64,000 nucleotides of DNA from an uncultured Phycisphaerales bacterium (lineage in GTDB: Bacteria > Planctomycetota > Phycisphaerae > Tepidisphaerales > Tepidisphaeraceae): the NCBI GenBank assembly GCA_963755915.1, contig CAVWLP010000003.1, forward strand, positions 768,001-832,000. The letters run 5' to 3'. Below, piece after piece: positions 21,599 through 33,066 of the stretch. The position numbers and the translations under genes are program-made. Under the pieces are notes generated by a model. The model saw nothing but the letters and a program-made list of their open reading frames with translations, had not been told where the DNA came from and did no database searches. The stretch's first letter is position 1. Every line of letters begins with the position of its first letter.

Positions 21599-24388
21599 GT
21601 GGCAGACGAGCGCAAGACCTTCTTTATCATCGACGGGCACGCCCAGATTTTCCGGGCCTACTTCGCCCCGTTTCGCGATCTCTCCAGCCCCACCGGCGAG
21701 CCAACCAAGGCCACCTACGTTTTCATCCAATGGCTGCTCAACCTGGTTGAGAACCGCAAGCCCAATTACCTGGCGATGGTCGCCGATGCCGGCGATGAGA
21801 CTGTTTTTCGCAAGGAAATCTCCCCGGAATACAAAGCCCATCGCGAGCCCCCGCCCGAAGACTTTTTTCCGCAGGAACAGCGGATTCTCAAAGTAGTGGG
21901 GGACCTGGGCATTCCGATCTTTTCCAAAGGTGGATTTGAGGCGGATGATCTGATCGCCACCATGGTCCATCGCCTGCGCGATCAGAATTTCGATACCGTC
22001 ATCGTTTCCAAGGACAAAGACCTTCGCCAGCTTCTGGATTCCTCCACCCGCCTCTACGACGTGCAGGGCGATTCATTTCTCGACGCCGACCGCCTCAAGG
22101 CCGAGCTGGGCTATGCGCCGTCACAGGCGATCGAAGTGCAGACCCTCATGGGCGACACCGTCGACAACGTCCAGGGGATTCCCGGCGTCGGCGAAAAAAC
22201 AGCCGTCAAACTCATCACCACCTACGGCAGCATCGAGGGAATTCTTCAGAACGTCGAAAAACTAACACCCAAAATGCGTGAGAATTTTGAGAAATATTCC
22301 GATCGACTGCCGATCGCGCGCAACTGGTGACCCTGAAAAACGATGTGGAATTTGATTTCGATCCCCAGCGGTGCCGCTTTGAGGGCCTCAACATTGCCGC
22401 CCTGAAACCGCATCTTCAGTCGTTGGGCTTTACGACGCTTTTAAAACGACTCGGCGCGGATGAAGCGATGCCTGTCCCCAGGGTCGTCGCGCCAATCAAG
22501 GAGGATGAGGGTCTATTCGGATCGATGTCCGCGCCGGCGGAGGATTCCGCCCCGGTCAGCAACCCCGAGACCTGTGCCGATTGCGATTATCACCTGGTGA
22601 ACACCCCAGAATTGTTCGAGCAATTCCTGGTCGAGCTGAAAAAGCAGAAGCGCTTTGCCTTCGACACCGAAACCGATGCCCTGGGCGCGATGGCTTCTTC
22701 CGTCGTCGGGATGAGCTTCAGTTGGCAGCCGCGCACGGGGTGGTACGTTGCCGTCGATGGCCCCACAGGCCAGCCGTTCCTCGATCGCGCTCAAGCGGTC
22801 GCGAAGCTCAAGCCGATCCTCGAAAACCCGAAAATCAAAAAAGTCGGCCATAACCTCAAGTACGACATCCTCGCCATGCGCCAATACGGCGTTGAGGTGC
22901 AGGGTGTTCAGCTCGACTCCATGATCGCCGCGTTCGTCCTCGATTCCAGCCGGATGCAATATGGCATCGACCGGCTCGCGATGGACTACCTGAACATCCG
23001 CAAAGTTCCCACCAGCGATTTGATCGGCAAGGGGGCAAAGCAAATCTCCATGCGGGTGGTCGATCTCAATCGCATCGCCGCCTACGCCTCGGAAGATGCC
23101 GATGTCGCCCTCCGCCTCGTCGATCTGCTCAGCGAGCGACTGGAAAAAATCCCCGAGCTGAAAAAATTATGCGCTGAAGTCGAAACCCCGCTCATCGACG
23201 TTCTGGTTGAAATGGAAGCCAACGGCGTCGGCATCGACCCGGCCGTTCTCAAGGAGCAAAGCGACGTCCTGGCGGTGCGAATCCACGACCTGCGCGAAAA
23301 AATCTTCAAGTCGGCCGGCTGCGAATTCAATCCCGATTCCCCTAAGCAATTGCAGGATGTCCTCTTTAACCGCCTGTGTCTGGGCACCGTGAAAAAGACC
23401 AAGACCGGCTATAGCACCGACGTGGAAGTGCTCGAAAAACTGGCCGAAAAGCACGAAATACCCCGGCTGATTCTCGACTACCGCAGCCTGGTCAAGCTGA
23501 AAAACACCTATCTCGATAACCTCACCGATTTCCTCAACCCGCGCACCGGGCGGATTCACGCCAGCTTCAACCAGATCGGCGCCGGCACCGGCCGGCTGAG
23601 CTGCAGCGATCCGAATCTCCAGAATATCCCCATCCGCACCGACGAAGGCCGCCGGATTCGCCTCGCGTTTGTGCCCGGCGATCCGAAGAAAAACGTCCTG
23701 CTCACCGCCGACTACAGCCAGATCGAGCTGCGCATCCTCGCCCACTTCACGCGCGAGCCGGCCCTGCTTCGCGCCTTCGAAGCCGATGAAGACATTCACC
23801 GCGCCGTCGCCGCCGAGGTCTTCGGCGTCTCCCTGGAAAACGTCTCGCGCGACCAGCGCGCCCAGGCCAAGATCATCAACTTCGGCATCGTCTACGGCGT
23901 CAGCGCCTACGGCCTCGCCCGTCGGATCGACAACCTCACCGTCCCCTCCGCCCAGAAACTGATCGACGATTACAACCGCCGCTTCCCCGCCATCCAGAAA
24001 TTCCTCGACCAATGCGTCATGCAAGCCCAGAGTTTCGGTTTCGTGGAAACCATCCTCGGCCGCCGCCGGCCAATTCCAGAAATCAAAAGCAGCGTGCTGG
24101 CACTCCGTAATGCCGGCGAGCGCACCGCCATCAACAGCGTCGTCCAGGGCTCCGCGGCCGATCTCATCAAAGTCGCGATGAATAACATTCACCGGCGGAT
24201 CAAAGCAGAGGGACGCCCAGTCGAAAATGCTCATGCAGGTGCACGATGAACTGGTCTTCGAAACGCCTGAATCGGCGGTTGAATCTGAAGCGGAGATGGT
24301 CCGGCAGGAAATGACCACGGCGATGAAACTCGCGGCACCGCTGAAAGTCGAAGTTGGGTGGGGGAAGAATTGGCAGGAGGTGAAATGA
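21599..24388 (+). CDS. polA: DNA polymerase I (frameshifts ~22320 and ~24220)
   Basis: 5'-3' exonuclease (EADD, GIPGVGEKTA), FDTET 3'-5' exonuclease, DYSQIELR, AKIINFGIVYG, QVHDEL. Confidence 0.97.
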
Positions 24389-24433
24389 GATTTGAAACTG
24401 CTCTACTGCAATCCTCCCGCGATCCCCTTCTTA

Positions 24434-24473
24434 TCCCCTCCCCCGGTACTCCAGGGGAGGGTTAGGGTGGGGG
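24434..24473 (+). repeat. 40-nt palindromic extragenic repeat (CCCTCCCC..GGGGAGGG family), copy 1
   Basis: Hairpin plus GGGTGGGGG tail; near-identical copy at 46317-46356. Confidence 0.8.
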
Positions 24474-24551
24474 CCGACTCGGAATTAAGCACGCGAAGAT
24501 CGCAGACATTTGGTAAATCGCCGGGCTCTTTTTTGATATAATTCCCTCGAT

Positions 24552-25022
24552 ATGTCTCAGCCGTCAGACCAGATCGAACTCGACCAAGCCACTACTGGCT
24601 TCCAGACGGCCGAGGACCCCCGCCCCAAAATCGAAGAGCCGCCCCCCGTTCGACTGCTTTCGGTCGACGATTGTTATCTCTGGTCCCCCGCCGGACTCGA
24701 GCCCCAGCTCGACCAGTTTTACGCCGGCCTGCTCAGATTTCAGCGTGAGGAAACACCGGCCAGTGACGGCGACCACGAGCTCGTCTACCGCACCGAAAAC
24801 TTCCGCCTCAGGATCGAGGTCCTCGAGCGCCCGATCAACCGCGATGATTTCCGCCCCCTCGGCGTGATCGTTCCCTCCCTGGCCGATCTGGGCCAGCGCC
24901 TCGCGGATGCAAAAATCGAATATGAACACCAGCGCGGTCTGCTCGCCGGCCAGGAGAATTTCCTCCTCACCGATCCCGCCGGCAATCCCGTGATCGTCGG
25001 CGAATTCCACGTTATGATCTGA
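24552..25022 (+). CDS. VOC/glyoxalase-like protein
   Basis: FYAGLLRF...FLLTDPAGNPV. Confidence 0.75.
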   Translation: MSQPSDQIELDQATTGFQTAEDPRPKIEEPPPVRLLSVDDCYLWSPAGLEPQLDQFYAGLLRFQREETPASDGDHELVYRTENFRLRIEVLERPINRDDFRPLGVIVPSLADLGQRLADAKIEYEHQRGLLAGQENFLLTDPAGNPVIVGEFHVMI

Positions 25023-25029
25023 ATCCCAA

Positions 25030-25638
25030 GTGTTCCACGGCAAACCCGTCATCGGAATCACCGGCGGCATCGGCAGCGGCAAAAGCACCGTCGCCCAGAT
25101 GTTCGGCGAGTTCCATTGCCTTGTCATCAGCTCCGACCAGCAGGTGAACCAAGCCTACCGCGACCCGGCCATCATTCAGCAGCTCCGCTTCTGGTGGGGC
25201 GATGCAATCGTCCGCCCGGATGGGCAGGTTGACCGCGCCCGCATCGCCGACATCATTTTCAGCGACCCCGGTCAACGCCTTAAGCTCGAAGGTCTGCTGC
25301 ACCCCAAAGTTGAACAGTTGCGCCAAGGGCTGATGCTGGGGGCAGCCGATGATCCGCAAGTCCCTGCCATTATTTGGGATACGCCGCTGCTTTTTGAGAC
25401 TGGCCTTTACCGCCAGTGCGATGCTATTGTCTTTGTGGAAGCGCCGCTCCCCCAGCGCCTTCACCGGGTCCGCCAGACCAGGGGCTGGACTCAGGATGAA
25501 TTAACTCGAAGAGAAAATTCGCAGTGGCCCCTAGACAAGAAGCGAGAAATATCCGATTATATTGTTGATAACACTGCCGATGCGGAGTTTGTCCGCGGTC
25601 AAGTCAGAGAAGTGCTTTTCCGAATTATCTCGAATTGA
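25030..25638 (+). CDS. coaE: dephospho-CoA kinase
   Basis: IGITGGIGSGKSTVA, LHPKV, DTPLLFE. Confidence 0.95.
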   Translation: MFHGKPVIGITGGIGSGKSTVAQMFGEFHCLVISSDQQVNQAYRDPAIIQQLRFWWGDAIVRPDGQVDRARIADIIFSDPGQRLKLEGLLHPKVEQLRQGLMLGAADDPQVPAIIWDTPLLFETGLYRQCDAIVFVEAPLPQRLHRVRQTRGWTQDELTRRENSQWPLDKKREISDYIVDNTADAEFVRGQVREVLFRIISN

Positions 25639-25913
25639 TTCCCGAAGCGGTTCTGACATAAGCTATTTCCGGCAGCTATTTTTCGCCAGTGATATTTGGC
25701 AGTGACATCGGCATGGGGCGGATTCAATCGTTTTGAGTTCAATGGAATGACAACCGTGCGTTAAAGACCTTCGATGGATACGAGGGTATAATCACCTAGT
25801 CCGGGACTAATAACTTCCGCTGAATCTCTCACCTTCCCGACAGCTATTTGGATCGTTCGAGAACACCGGAACAAAGACACTTACAACTTACAGTCACATT
25901 CAGGAGGCCGTTC

Positions 25914-27423
25914 ATGGCAAAGTCTAGCAGCACCCGTTCGCGTCGCAGCGGTGGATCGCATCATTCGTCATCCGCCGACGCCGAGGTGCGCGAACCCAAA
26001 GAAACCGAAGCCACCGCGGTGGCCGACGCTCCCGCCGAAGTTGCGGATGAGCAGCCGCGCAAGACCGAAGAGGCGGAACCGCGCGGCAATGGCCAGCCCG
26101 GCTCCTCCGAAGACGTCGCCAACTTCGACGCCGAAACCAACGCCAAGTACGAGCAGGTCAAGGGCGGCAAGCTTTACATCAAGGACCTCCAGCAGATGGA
26201 CGTGCATAAACTGCACGACATCGCCAAGGAAGAGGGAATCACCGATTACGTCGGCCTCAAGAAGCAGGACCTGATCTTCCAGATCCTCCGCTGCCGCATC
26301 CGCCAGAACGGCCTGATGTACGGCGAAGGCGTCCTGGAAATCCTCCCCGACGGCTTCGGATTCCTCCGCAGCCCCGAATACAACTATCTCCCCTGCCCCG
26401 ACGACATCTACATCAGCCCCAGCCAGATCCGCCGCTTCGGCCTGCGCAACGGCCACGTCGTCCAGGGCCAGATCCGTCCGCCCAAGGAATCCGAACGATA
26501 TTTCGCGCTCCTCCGCGTCGAAGCCATCAACGGCGAAGACCCCGAGCGCATCACCGACACCAGCAATTTCGAAGACCTCACCCCGCTGCATCCCAACCGC
26601 CGGCTCATGCTCGAGACACGATGCCAAAGACCTGAACATGCGCATCGTGGATCTGGTCACGCCGATCGGCAAGGGCCAGCGCATGCTGATCGTCGCCCCG
26701 CCGCGCACCGGCAAAACCGTCCTCCTCCAGAAGATCGCCAATGCGATCACCAAGAATCACCCCGAGGTGGTGCTGATCGTCCTGCTGATCGACGAGCGGC
26801 CCGAAGAAGTCACCGACATGGAGCGCAACACCAAGGCCGAGGTCGTCTCCAGCACCTTCGACGAACCCGCCTCCCGCCACGTGCAGGTGGCCGAAATGGT
26901 CATCGAAAAAGCCAAGCGCTACGTCGAATTCGGCAAGGACGTGGTCATCCTGCTCGACAGCATCACCCGCCTGGCCCGCGCCTACAACACCGAAGTCCCG
27001 CACAGCGGCAAGATCCTCACCGGCGGCGTCGACGCCAACGCCCTGCAGAAGCCCAAGCGCTTCTTCGGCGCCGCCCGCAACATCGAAGAAGGCGGCAGCC
27101 TGACGATCCTGGCCACCGCCCTGATCGACACCGGCAGCAAGATGGACGAAGTGATCTTCGAGGAATTCAAGGGCACCGGCAACGCCGAGCTGCACCTCGA
27201 CCGCCGCCTGGTCGACAAGCGCGTCTATCCCGCCATCGACATCAACTCCAGCGGCACCCGCCGCGAAGAATTGCTGCTCGATGCCAAGGAACTGGAACTG
27301 GTCTATCGCCTCCGCCGCGTCCTGAGCGACATGAGCCCGGTGGAATCCGTCGAACTGCTCAAGGGCCAGCTTGACAAGGTGCCGAGCAATGCGCAGTTCC
27401 TGATGACGATGAATTTGGATTAA
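25914..27423 (+). CDS. rho: transcription termination factor Rho (frameshift ~26620)
   Basis: [51 protein letters not shown]. Confidence 0.97.
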
Positions 27424-27426
27424 GTC

Positions 27427-28095
27427 ATGTCAGTTACCGAGGCTCCCATCACGGGTGCGCCAAGTGCCCCCGGCCGCTACCGCACTGCGGCAGAGTGGTG
27501 GGACGCCCTGGGCAACGTGCCCCTGGAGCGCATTGTTTTCGCCCCATTGCCCGGCACGGCAACCGAGGCCGACGTCGTTCGCCTGGACGATCATGAAGAT
27601 CGCATCTGCGAATTGGTCGATGGAACACTGGTGGAGAAGGCGATGGGCTTTGATGAGTCCGCGATCGCAATGCGCATTGCGCAGCTTCTATTGAATTTCA
27701 TCCTTCCACGAAAACTTGGGATTGTCACCGGCGAAGCAGGAATGATGCGCATCCTCGCTCGCCGCGTTCGCATTCCCGACGTTGCTTTCATTAGTTTGGA
27801 CCGCCTGCCCGACCGTAAACTGCCCGGAGTGCCCATTCCCCAGCTCGCTCCCGATCTGGCTGTTGAGGTGATCTCCGACAGCAACACTCCCCGCGAAATG
27901 GAAATCAAGCTGCGAGAGTATTTCATGGCCGGCGTCCGGCTTGTTTGGTATGTCGATCCCAAAACCCAGTCGGTGGATGTCTACTCCTCGCCCACCGGGC
28001 CGACCAGGTTCTCCAGTTCCGATACTCTCAGCGGTGGCGACGTCCTTCCGGGCCTGGAAATTCCCGTTTCCCAAATCTTCGATCTGACAAAGTAA
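27427..28095 (+). CDS. Uma2-family (DUF820) endonuclease
   Basis: ELVDG, RIPDVAF, PDLAVEVIS, K..EYF.AGVRLVWYVDP. Confidence 0.92.
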   Translation: MSVTEAPITGAPSAPGRYRTAAEWWDALGNVPLERIVFAPLPGTATEADVVRLDDHEDRICELVDGTLVEKAMGFDESAIAMRIAQLLLNFILPRKLGIVTGEAGMMRILARRVRIPDVAFISLDRLPDRKLPGVPIPQLAPDLAVEVISDSNTPREMEIKLREYFMAGVRLVWYVDPKTQSVDVYSSPTGPTRFSSSDTLSGGDVLPGLEIPVSQIFDLTK

Positions 28096-28110
28096 CTACA
28101 ATCAACCATC

Positions 28111-29863
28111 ATGTGGCACCGCTTCCCTCCGCGAATGCGCCGCGCCCTCGTCTTCTCCCTCCACGAAGCCGCCCTGCGCGGCAGCGATGTCGCCACGCCC
28201 CAGGACCTCCTCGCCGCCATCCTCGGCGACCGCGAAAGCGCCGGCGCCTACGTCCTTCAACAATGCGGCGTCGATGCCGCTCGCATCCTGAACCGTGAAA
28301 TCCACACCAACGGCAAACCTCCGGTCGAAAAAGCGAAGGGACTCGACGCCGATTCAATCCAAATCCTTCGCGCCGCAGCCGCAGCTTCGCAGCGCCTCCA
28401 TCACGAGCACATCGGCACCGAGCACGTCGTCGCCGCCTTCGCAGATTTCCCCGACCTGATTCTTGGCCGTCAGCTCATCGAAGCAGGTCTAACCCCCGCT
28501 CGCGCCCGCACCGCCATCCGAAACTGGATCGCCGACGGCATGCCCCGCCGACGCGGGCGATGGGGATGGATGCCCATCCATAACGGTTTCCTGGCCAAAA
28601 TCCTGCGCCCCGTCCAGAAAGCCATCCGATTCCCGCCGCTGCTATGGAAAGTCTACGCCGGCAAAAGCCTCGCCCATCCGAAATTCGTCAGCGATCCCTA
28701 TCCCATCTACGCCGCGCTTCGCGCCCGCGAGCCGGTGCGCAAGGACCCTCTCGCTCCCGTCTGGATTCTCACCCGCTACGACGACGTGATGGAAATGCTG
28801 CGGAACCCGCGCTATCTCAAGGACCCTTTCGCCGCCCAGCGCCTGCCGCCCTCGGTCCGCCGCCAGCTTCAAGCCTCCGGCGACGAAATGAGCGAGCAGC
28901 CGGAAGTCGTCTCAATGCTTTTTCTCGACCCCCCCGATCACACCCGCGTCCGCGGCGTATTCGCCCGCGCTTTCACTCCCGCCTCCCTCTCCCAGCTACG
29001 CCCCAAGATCGAATCAATCGCCAAGGCGCGCCTCGACGCCGTCGAATCCGCCGGCCGCATGGACCTCATCGCCGACCTCGCCTATCCGCTCCCCGTGATC
29101 GTCATCGCCGAAATGCTAGGCTTTCCGTCGGAGGATTATCCGCGCATGAAAGTCTGGTCGGATGCTCTCGCCGCCTCCCTCTCCCTGCGCCACCCCCGAG
29201 CAGCAATCCGCCGCCAACGTCGCCTGGAATCAGATGCGCATTTATTTCGAGCAGGTCGCCGCCCGCGTTCGCGCAAATCCCGGCAACACGATCCTCTCCC
29301 GTCTTCTCGATTCCGAAAGCGAGCCCGGCGGCCTCAATTTCGACGAAATCTTCACCAACTGCGTCCTCCTCCTCGCCGCCGGTCACGAAACCACCACAAA
29401 CCTTATCGGCAACGGCATGCTCGCGCTTCTCCGTAACCGCGACCAATGGGAACTGCTCACCCGCGACCCAGACCTTATCGAATCCGCCGTCGAAGAAATC
29501 CTCCGCTACGACAGCCCCGTGCAGTGGACCAGCCGCCTCGCCGCCGAACCCACGCAGCTTAACGGCCAATCCATCGCTTCCGGCGAAGTAATCCTCGGCT
29601 GCGTCGGCGCCGCCAATCGCGACCCCGCAAAATTCCCCAACCCCGACCGTCTCGACATCCGCCGCTCCGAAAACCGCCACCTCGCCTTCGGCATCGGAAT
29701 CCACTACTGCATCGGCGCCGCCCTCGCCCGGATCGAAGCGCAAGTTGCCATCGGCCAGCTCGCCGCCCGCTTTCCCAAAATGCGCCTGGCCACGCGAAAA
29801 GTCCGCTGGATGAAGGGCCTCACCTTCCGCGGCGTGAAGAAACTTCCGGTTGTGCTGCGGTAG
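28111..29863 (+). CDS. cytochrome P450 with N-terminal Clp repeat (Clp_N) domain (frameshift ~29190)
   Basis: Two Clp_N-like repeats (EA..RG....PQDLLAAIL; HEHIGTEHVVAAF); DPPDHTR, AGHETT, EILR, FGIGIHYCIG heme motif. Confidence 0.88.
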
Positions 29864-29870
29864 GGGTGCT

Positions 29871-29899
29871 TTGACCTGAATTTCCCGCATCAATAGACT
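29871..29899 (+). promoter_or_regulatory. sigma70-type promoter, probably leaderless
   Basis: TTGACC-17 nt-TAGACT, 8 nt before ATG 29908. Confidence 0.65.
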
Positions 29900-29907
29900 G
29901 CGCCCCA

Positions 29908-30654
29908 ATGCCCGGCCTCAGCTTCATCACGCTCCTCGCCTACGACTATCGCTACGCGTTCAATGCAATCCGCTCCTACTACGACATCGCCGACGAGATC
30001 ATCCTCGGCCTCGACTCCGACCGCCTCACCTGGATGCGCCAGCCTTTCCCCATCGACCAGAGCGAACTCCGCGCCTTCATCTCCCAAATCGATTCCCGGA
30101 AAATCATTCGCATTGTCGAGGGAAACTTTCACGCCGCCGATCACCCGATGATCAACGAGACCCAGGAGCGAAACGCGCTCTCCATGCACTGCTCAGAAGA
30201 CAATTGGATCGTCCAAATCGACGCCGACGAACTGCTGTTGAACCCCGCCGATTTCAAGAATTGGATGCTCACCGCCGACTCCAATTCCAACCCATGCGCC
30301 CGCTGGATCGGCGTCTTCAAAATCTTCGGCAACCAGGCCCTGGTCATCGACCCGCCAAACGAAATCAATCCCATCGCCACGCGTCTTCGCGGCCGATACA
30401 CCCGTACCCGCTTCACGTCGCAGCCTGAATCGCTCTCCCCGCTGAACCTTCTTCACTACTCCTGGGGCCGCACGCCCGAAGAGCTCCTCACCAAGCTGCG
30501 GAACTGGGGCCATGCGAAGGATTTCAATGTCGATGCCTTCTTCAACTTCTGGCAATCGGTAATGCTTCAAAACTACCAGCAGTTTCGCAACTTCCACCCC
30601 ATTCAACCAGAACTCTGGCAAAGCCTCCGCCTCGCCACAATTACCCGAAGCTGA
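29908..30654 (+). CDS. GT-A fold glycosyltransferase-like protein
   Basis: ADEII, ERN, WIVQIDADE, LHYSW. Confidence 0.7.
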   Translation: MPGLSFITLLAYDYRYAFNAIRSYYDIADEIILGLDSDRLTWMRQPFPIDQSELRAFISQIDSRKIIRIVEGNFHAADHPMINETQERNALSMHCSEDNWIVQIDADELLLNPADFKNWMLTADSNSNPCARWIGVFKIFGNQALVIDPPNEINPIATRLRGRYTRTRFTSQPESLSPLNLLHYSWGRTPEELLTKLRNWGHAKDFNVDAFFNFWQSVMLQNYQQFRNFHPIQPELWQSLRLATITRS

Positions 30655-30700
30655 AGACCACTATTGGATTTTCGATTGAGATCCAAATTGCAAACCGCGC

Positions 30701-30749
30701 GTTTAGCCGCCCCGCTTGACTTCGGCGAGCTCAGTCGAGCCGCGGGGCG
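30701..30749 (+). repeat. REP-like hairpin with a 24-nt element in its loop (30718-30741)
   Basis: GTTTAGC-CGCCCCGC-TT-[GACTTCGGCGAGCTCAGTCGAGCC]-GCGGGGCG. Confidence 0.85.
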
Positions 30750-30775
30750 TTTCTTCGATCACCCCACAAATCGCT

Positions 30776-31678
30776 CTATTCCCCACTCCCCGTCGGTGGA
30801 GTCGTCCCCTCCGGCTCTTCCTCTTCCACCGTTATCGACTTCAATATATCTTCCGCCGCCGTCTGCCGTCCGATCGCCGCTTTCAGGTTGCTCGTCTTCA
30901 CCCGCGGCTCTCTCTTCTCCTTCACCTTGTTCACCGCCATCTCAATTGGAAGATCGTCCGGAATATAAAGAATCCGCCGGCAGCTCGGACAGAAAACCAG
31001 CTCATCCCGGCTATGCAATTTGTTGTAAACGTCGGTGACCAGGTCCATGTTGCAGACCGAGCAGGCATATTCCTCCCGCCGCCGATCCGGCTTCGTCAGG
31101 GCACTAAGGGCCTCACCCTCAAATCGGTCCCCCAGCCGGTTAAACTCTTCGACCGCCTTCGCCGGAACCGCCGCCGCCGCGGCTTCCCTCGCCGGACGCA
31201 ACGACTCAATCTCCGCCTGCAGTTCCTTAACCCGCCCGTCGATCTCCCCGCGCATCGCCTCCAGCTTGGTGTTCTCCGCAGCGCTGACCTCGGCCAATTC
31301 TTTGACTTCCTTCTGAAACTTCTCCACCCCTTCCATCACCTTCAGCAGCTCTTCCTCGGATTTCCCCTTGTCCACCTTTTCCGTATTGATTTCGACGAGG
31401 AACGCCTGATATTCGCGGTTGGTCTTGGCGTTCTGCTGCTGCGCCCGCAGCCGCTCGATTTTCGCATCCCGCGTTTTCAGGTCCAGGTCAAGCTCGGCAG
31501 ACTTCGCCTGCTGCTCCTTGAGGTTTGCCTGCCCCAGCCGCAGCCGCTCCGACAGATCCGCGACCTTCCGTTCCTGGATGCGGACGTTCTTGCTCACCGC
31601 GTTCAGCCGGCCCTGCGCTTCCCGTAGTTTCTGATCCGCGCGGTACAGGGCAACCAGTGCGACGTTAATTGGACCCAT
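30776..31678 (-). CDS. coiled-coil plus C4 zinc-ribbon protein (DUF164/HP0958-like)
   Basis: Long coiled coil, TNREYQA, CSVC...FCPSCRRILY. Confidence 0.88.
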   Translation of the reverse strand: MGPINVALVALYRADQKLREAQGRLNAVSKNVRIQERKVADLSERLRLGQANLKEQQAKSAELDLDLKTRDAKIERLRAQQQNAKTNREYQAFLVEINTEKVDKGKSEEELLKVMEGVEKFQKEVKELAEVSAAENTKLEAMRGEIDGRVKELQAEIESLRPAREAAAAAVPAKAVEEFNRLGDRFEGEALSALTKPDRRREEYACSVCNMDLVTDVYNKLHSRDELVFCPSCRRILYIPDDLPIEMAVNKVKEKREPRVKTSNLKAAIGRQTAAEDILKSITVEEEEPEGTTPPTGSGE

Positions 31679-31913
31679 AAGGCGATTACCTCTAACGACT
31701 CTAGGCCACATTATGGCGAGAGAGCGGCGATTGCAAAGGGGTCAACAGCAAATCGCCCAACCCGCCAACCACCTTTTGCCCCAACTCCGCCGCATAACTC
31801 CCGAATTTTCGCTACCCTTAGCATCGAATTCAACATTCCACTCTTAAGGCACTGCAACACCAATATCTCCTGAATTCTCTCAGCGATCTCTGCGGTGAAC
31901 TAAGCCTATTTCG

Positions 31914-32939
31914 CTAAGGATTCACAAAACACCCCTGCGCATCCACCGGCCCATCCAGCGTTCCAATCTCAATCAATTGCTCCTGCAAATCCTTCCACCG
32001 ATCCAACGTCATCGTCCCCAGCCCCTGTGCCTTGGTGAGATCGTTTTCAATCAGCGGCTTCTGCGCCGCCGCCGCCTCCCCAAACGTCTGCAAATCCATG
32101 TCCTGGTTCAGCCCATGCATCACCGAATTCACCGGGTCCGGATTCCCCAGATAATCCTTCCACCCCTCCCGGCAAGCCGCCGCCATCGCCTTCACTTCCT
32201 GCGGGTGCGATCGCCACAGCTCCCCTTTGCAGATCAGCAATGTCGCATAAGGATTAAACCCCTCATCCGCGATCAAAAACACCTGCGGATCGCCCCCCTG
32301 GTGCCGCGCCAATATCGGCTCGCTCGTCACATAACACTGCTGCGAATAATCCTTGCTCGCCATAAACTGTGCGATGCCCCCATCATAATTCGCCACCTTC
32401 ACCCTCACCGGCGCGAACCGCTTCTCCAGCAGCGTCAGCCACGCGTTCGGCTCGGCCAGCAGATACCCGTCGCTGTTAAACACATCCGCGATCGAAGTAA
32501 ACCCGCGCGACTCATGCACCATGATCCCCTGCGGAAACGTCTGATACACCGCAAAAATGCCGATCACATCCGCATTCTGCCGGCGGGCGATCAGTACCTG
32601 GTCGGAGGTCGACGTCGCGAATTCCGTCTTTCCCGTCGCCACGAGCTGCCACGTATCCGCCCCTTCCCCGGCCGGCGTGATCGTCACATTCAACCCGTGC
32701 TTGGCAAAAGCCCCATCCTGGCTCGCCGCGTAAAACCCCCCAAACTCCGGCTCCGGTTTCCAGTCGAGCGTCAACTGCACCGCCGTCGCACTGGGAGGCG
32801 TCGCGCTGGGCCGCGTCGCGCTCGACGCGTTTGCATTTGGCCCCGGCGCCGATGAGTCACTCGACGGCGCACTGCTTTTCGCGCACCCGCCGATCAGCAA
32901 CCCGCAGAAAACCACGCCCACCGTCAATCGCCAGATCAT
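31914..32939 (-). CDS. NMT1/THI5-like ABC substrate-binding lipoprotein
   Basis: Lipobox IGGC; LDWKPEPEFGGFYAA. Confidence 0.88.
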   Translation of the reverse strand: MIWRLTVGVVFCGLLIGGCAKSSAPSSDSSAPGPNANASSATRPSATPPSATAVQLTLDWKPEPEFGGFYAASQDGAFAKHGLNVTITPAGEGADTWQLVATGKTEFATSTSDQVLIARRQNADVIGIFAVYQTFPQGIMVHESRGFTSIADVFNSDGYLLAEPNAWLTLLEKRFAPVRVKVANYDGGIAQFMASKDYSQQCYVTSEPILARHQGGDPQVFLIADEGFNPYATLLICKGELWRSHPQEVKAMAAACREGWKDYLGNPDPVNSVMHGLNQDMDLQTFGEAAAAQKPLIENDLTKAQGLGTMTLDRWKDLQEQLIEIGTLDGPVDAQGCFVNP

Positions 32940-32994
32940 TCTCAGCCTTTCCGTCTACCGCACCGCAGTTTATCACGTCGATCGCCAGCGAATT

Positions 32995-33022
32995 GTTTAG
33001 CCGCGACCCGAAGGGAAGCGCG
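32995..33022 (+). repeat. REP-like element (TTAGCCGCGACCCGAAGGGRAGCGCG), copy 1
   Basis: 27/28 identical to 43357-43384. Confidence 0.85.
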
Positions 33023-33066
33023 TCTTACGTTCGCACTCCCATACGCGCCACACGATTCGCAACTGT

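Noticed and set aside
25660-25715. Imperfect short direct repeats in the rho leader
   Set aside because: Too degenerate to call a regulatory site from sequence alone.
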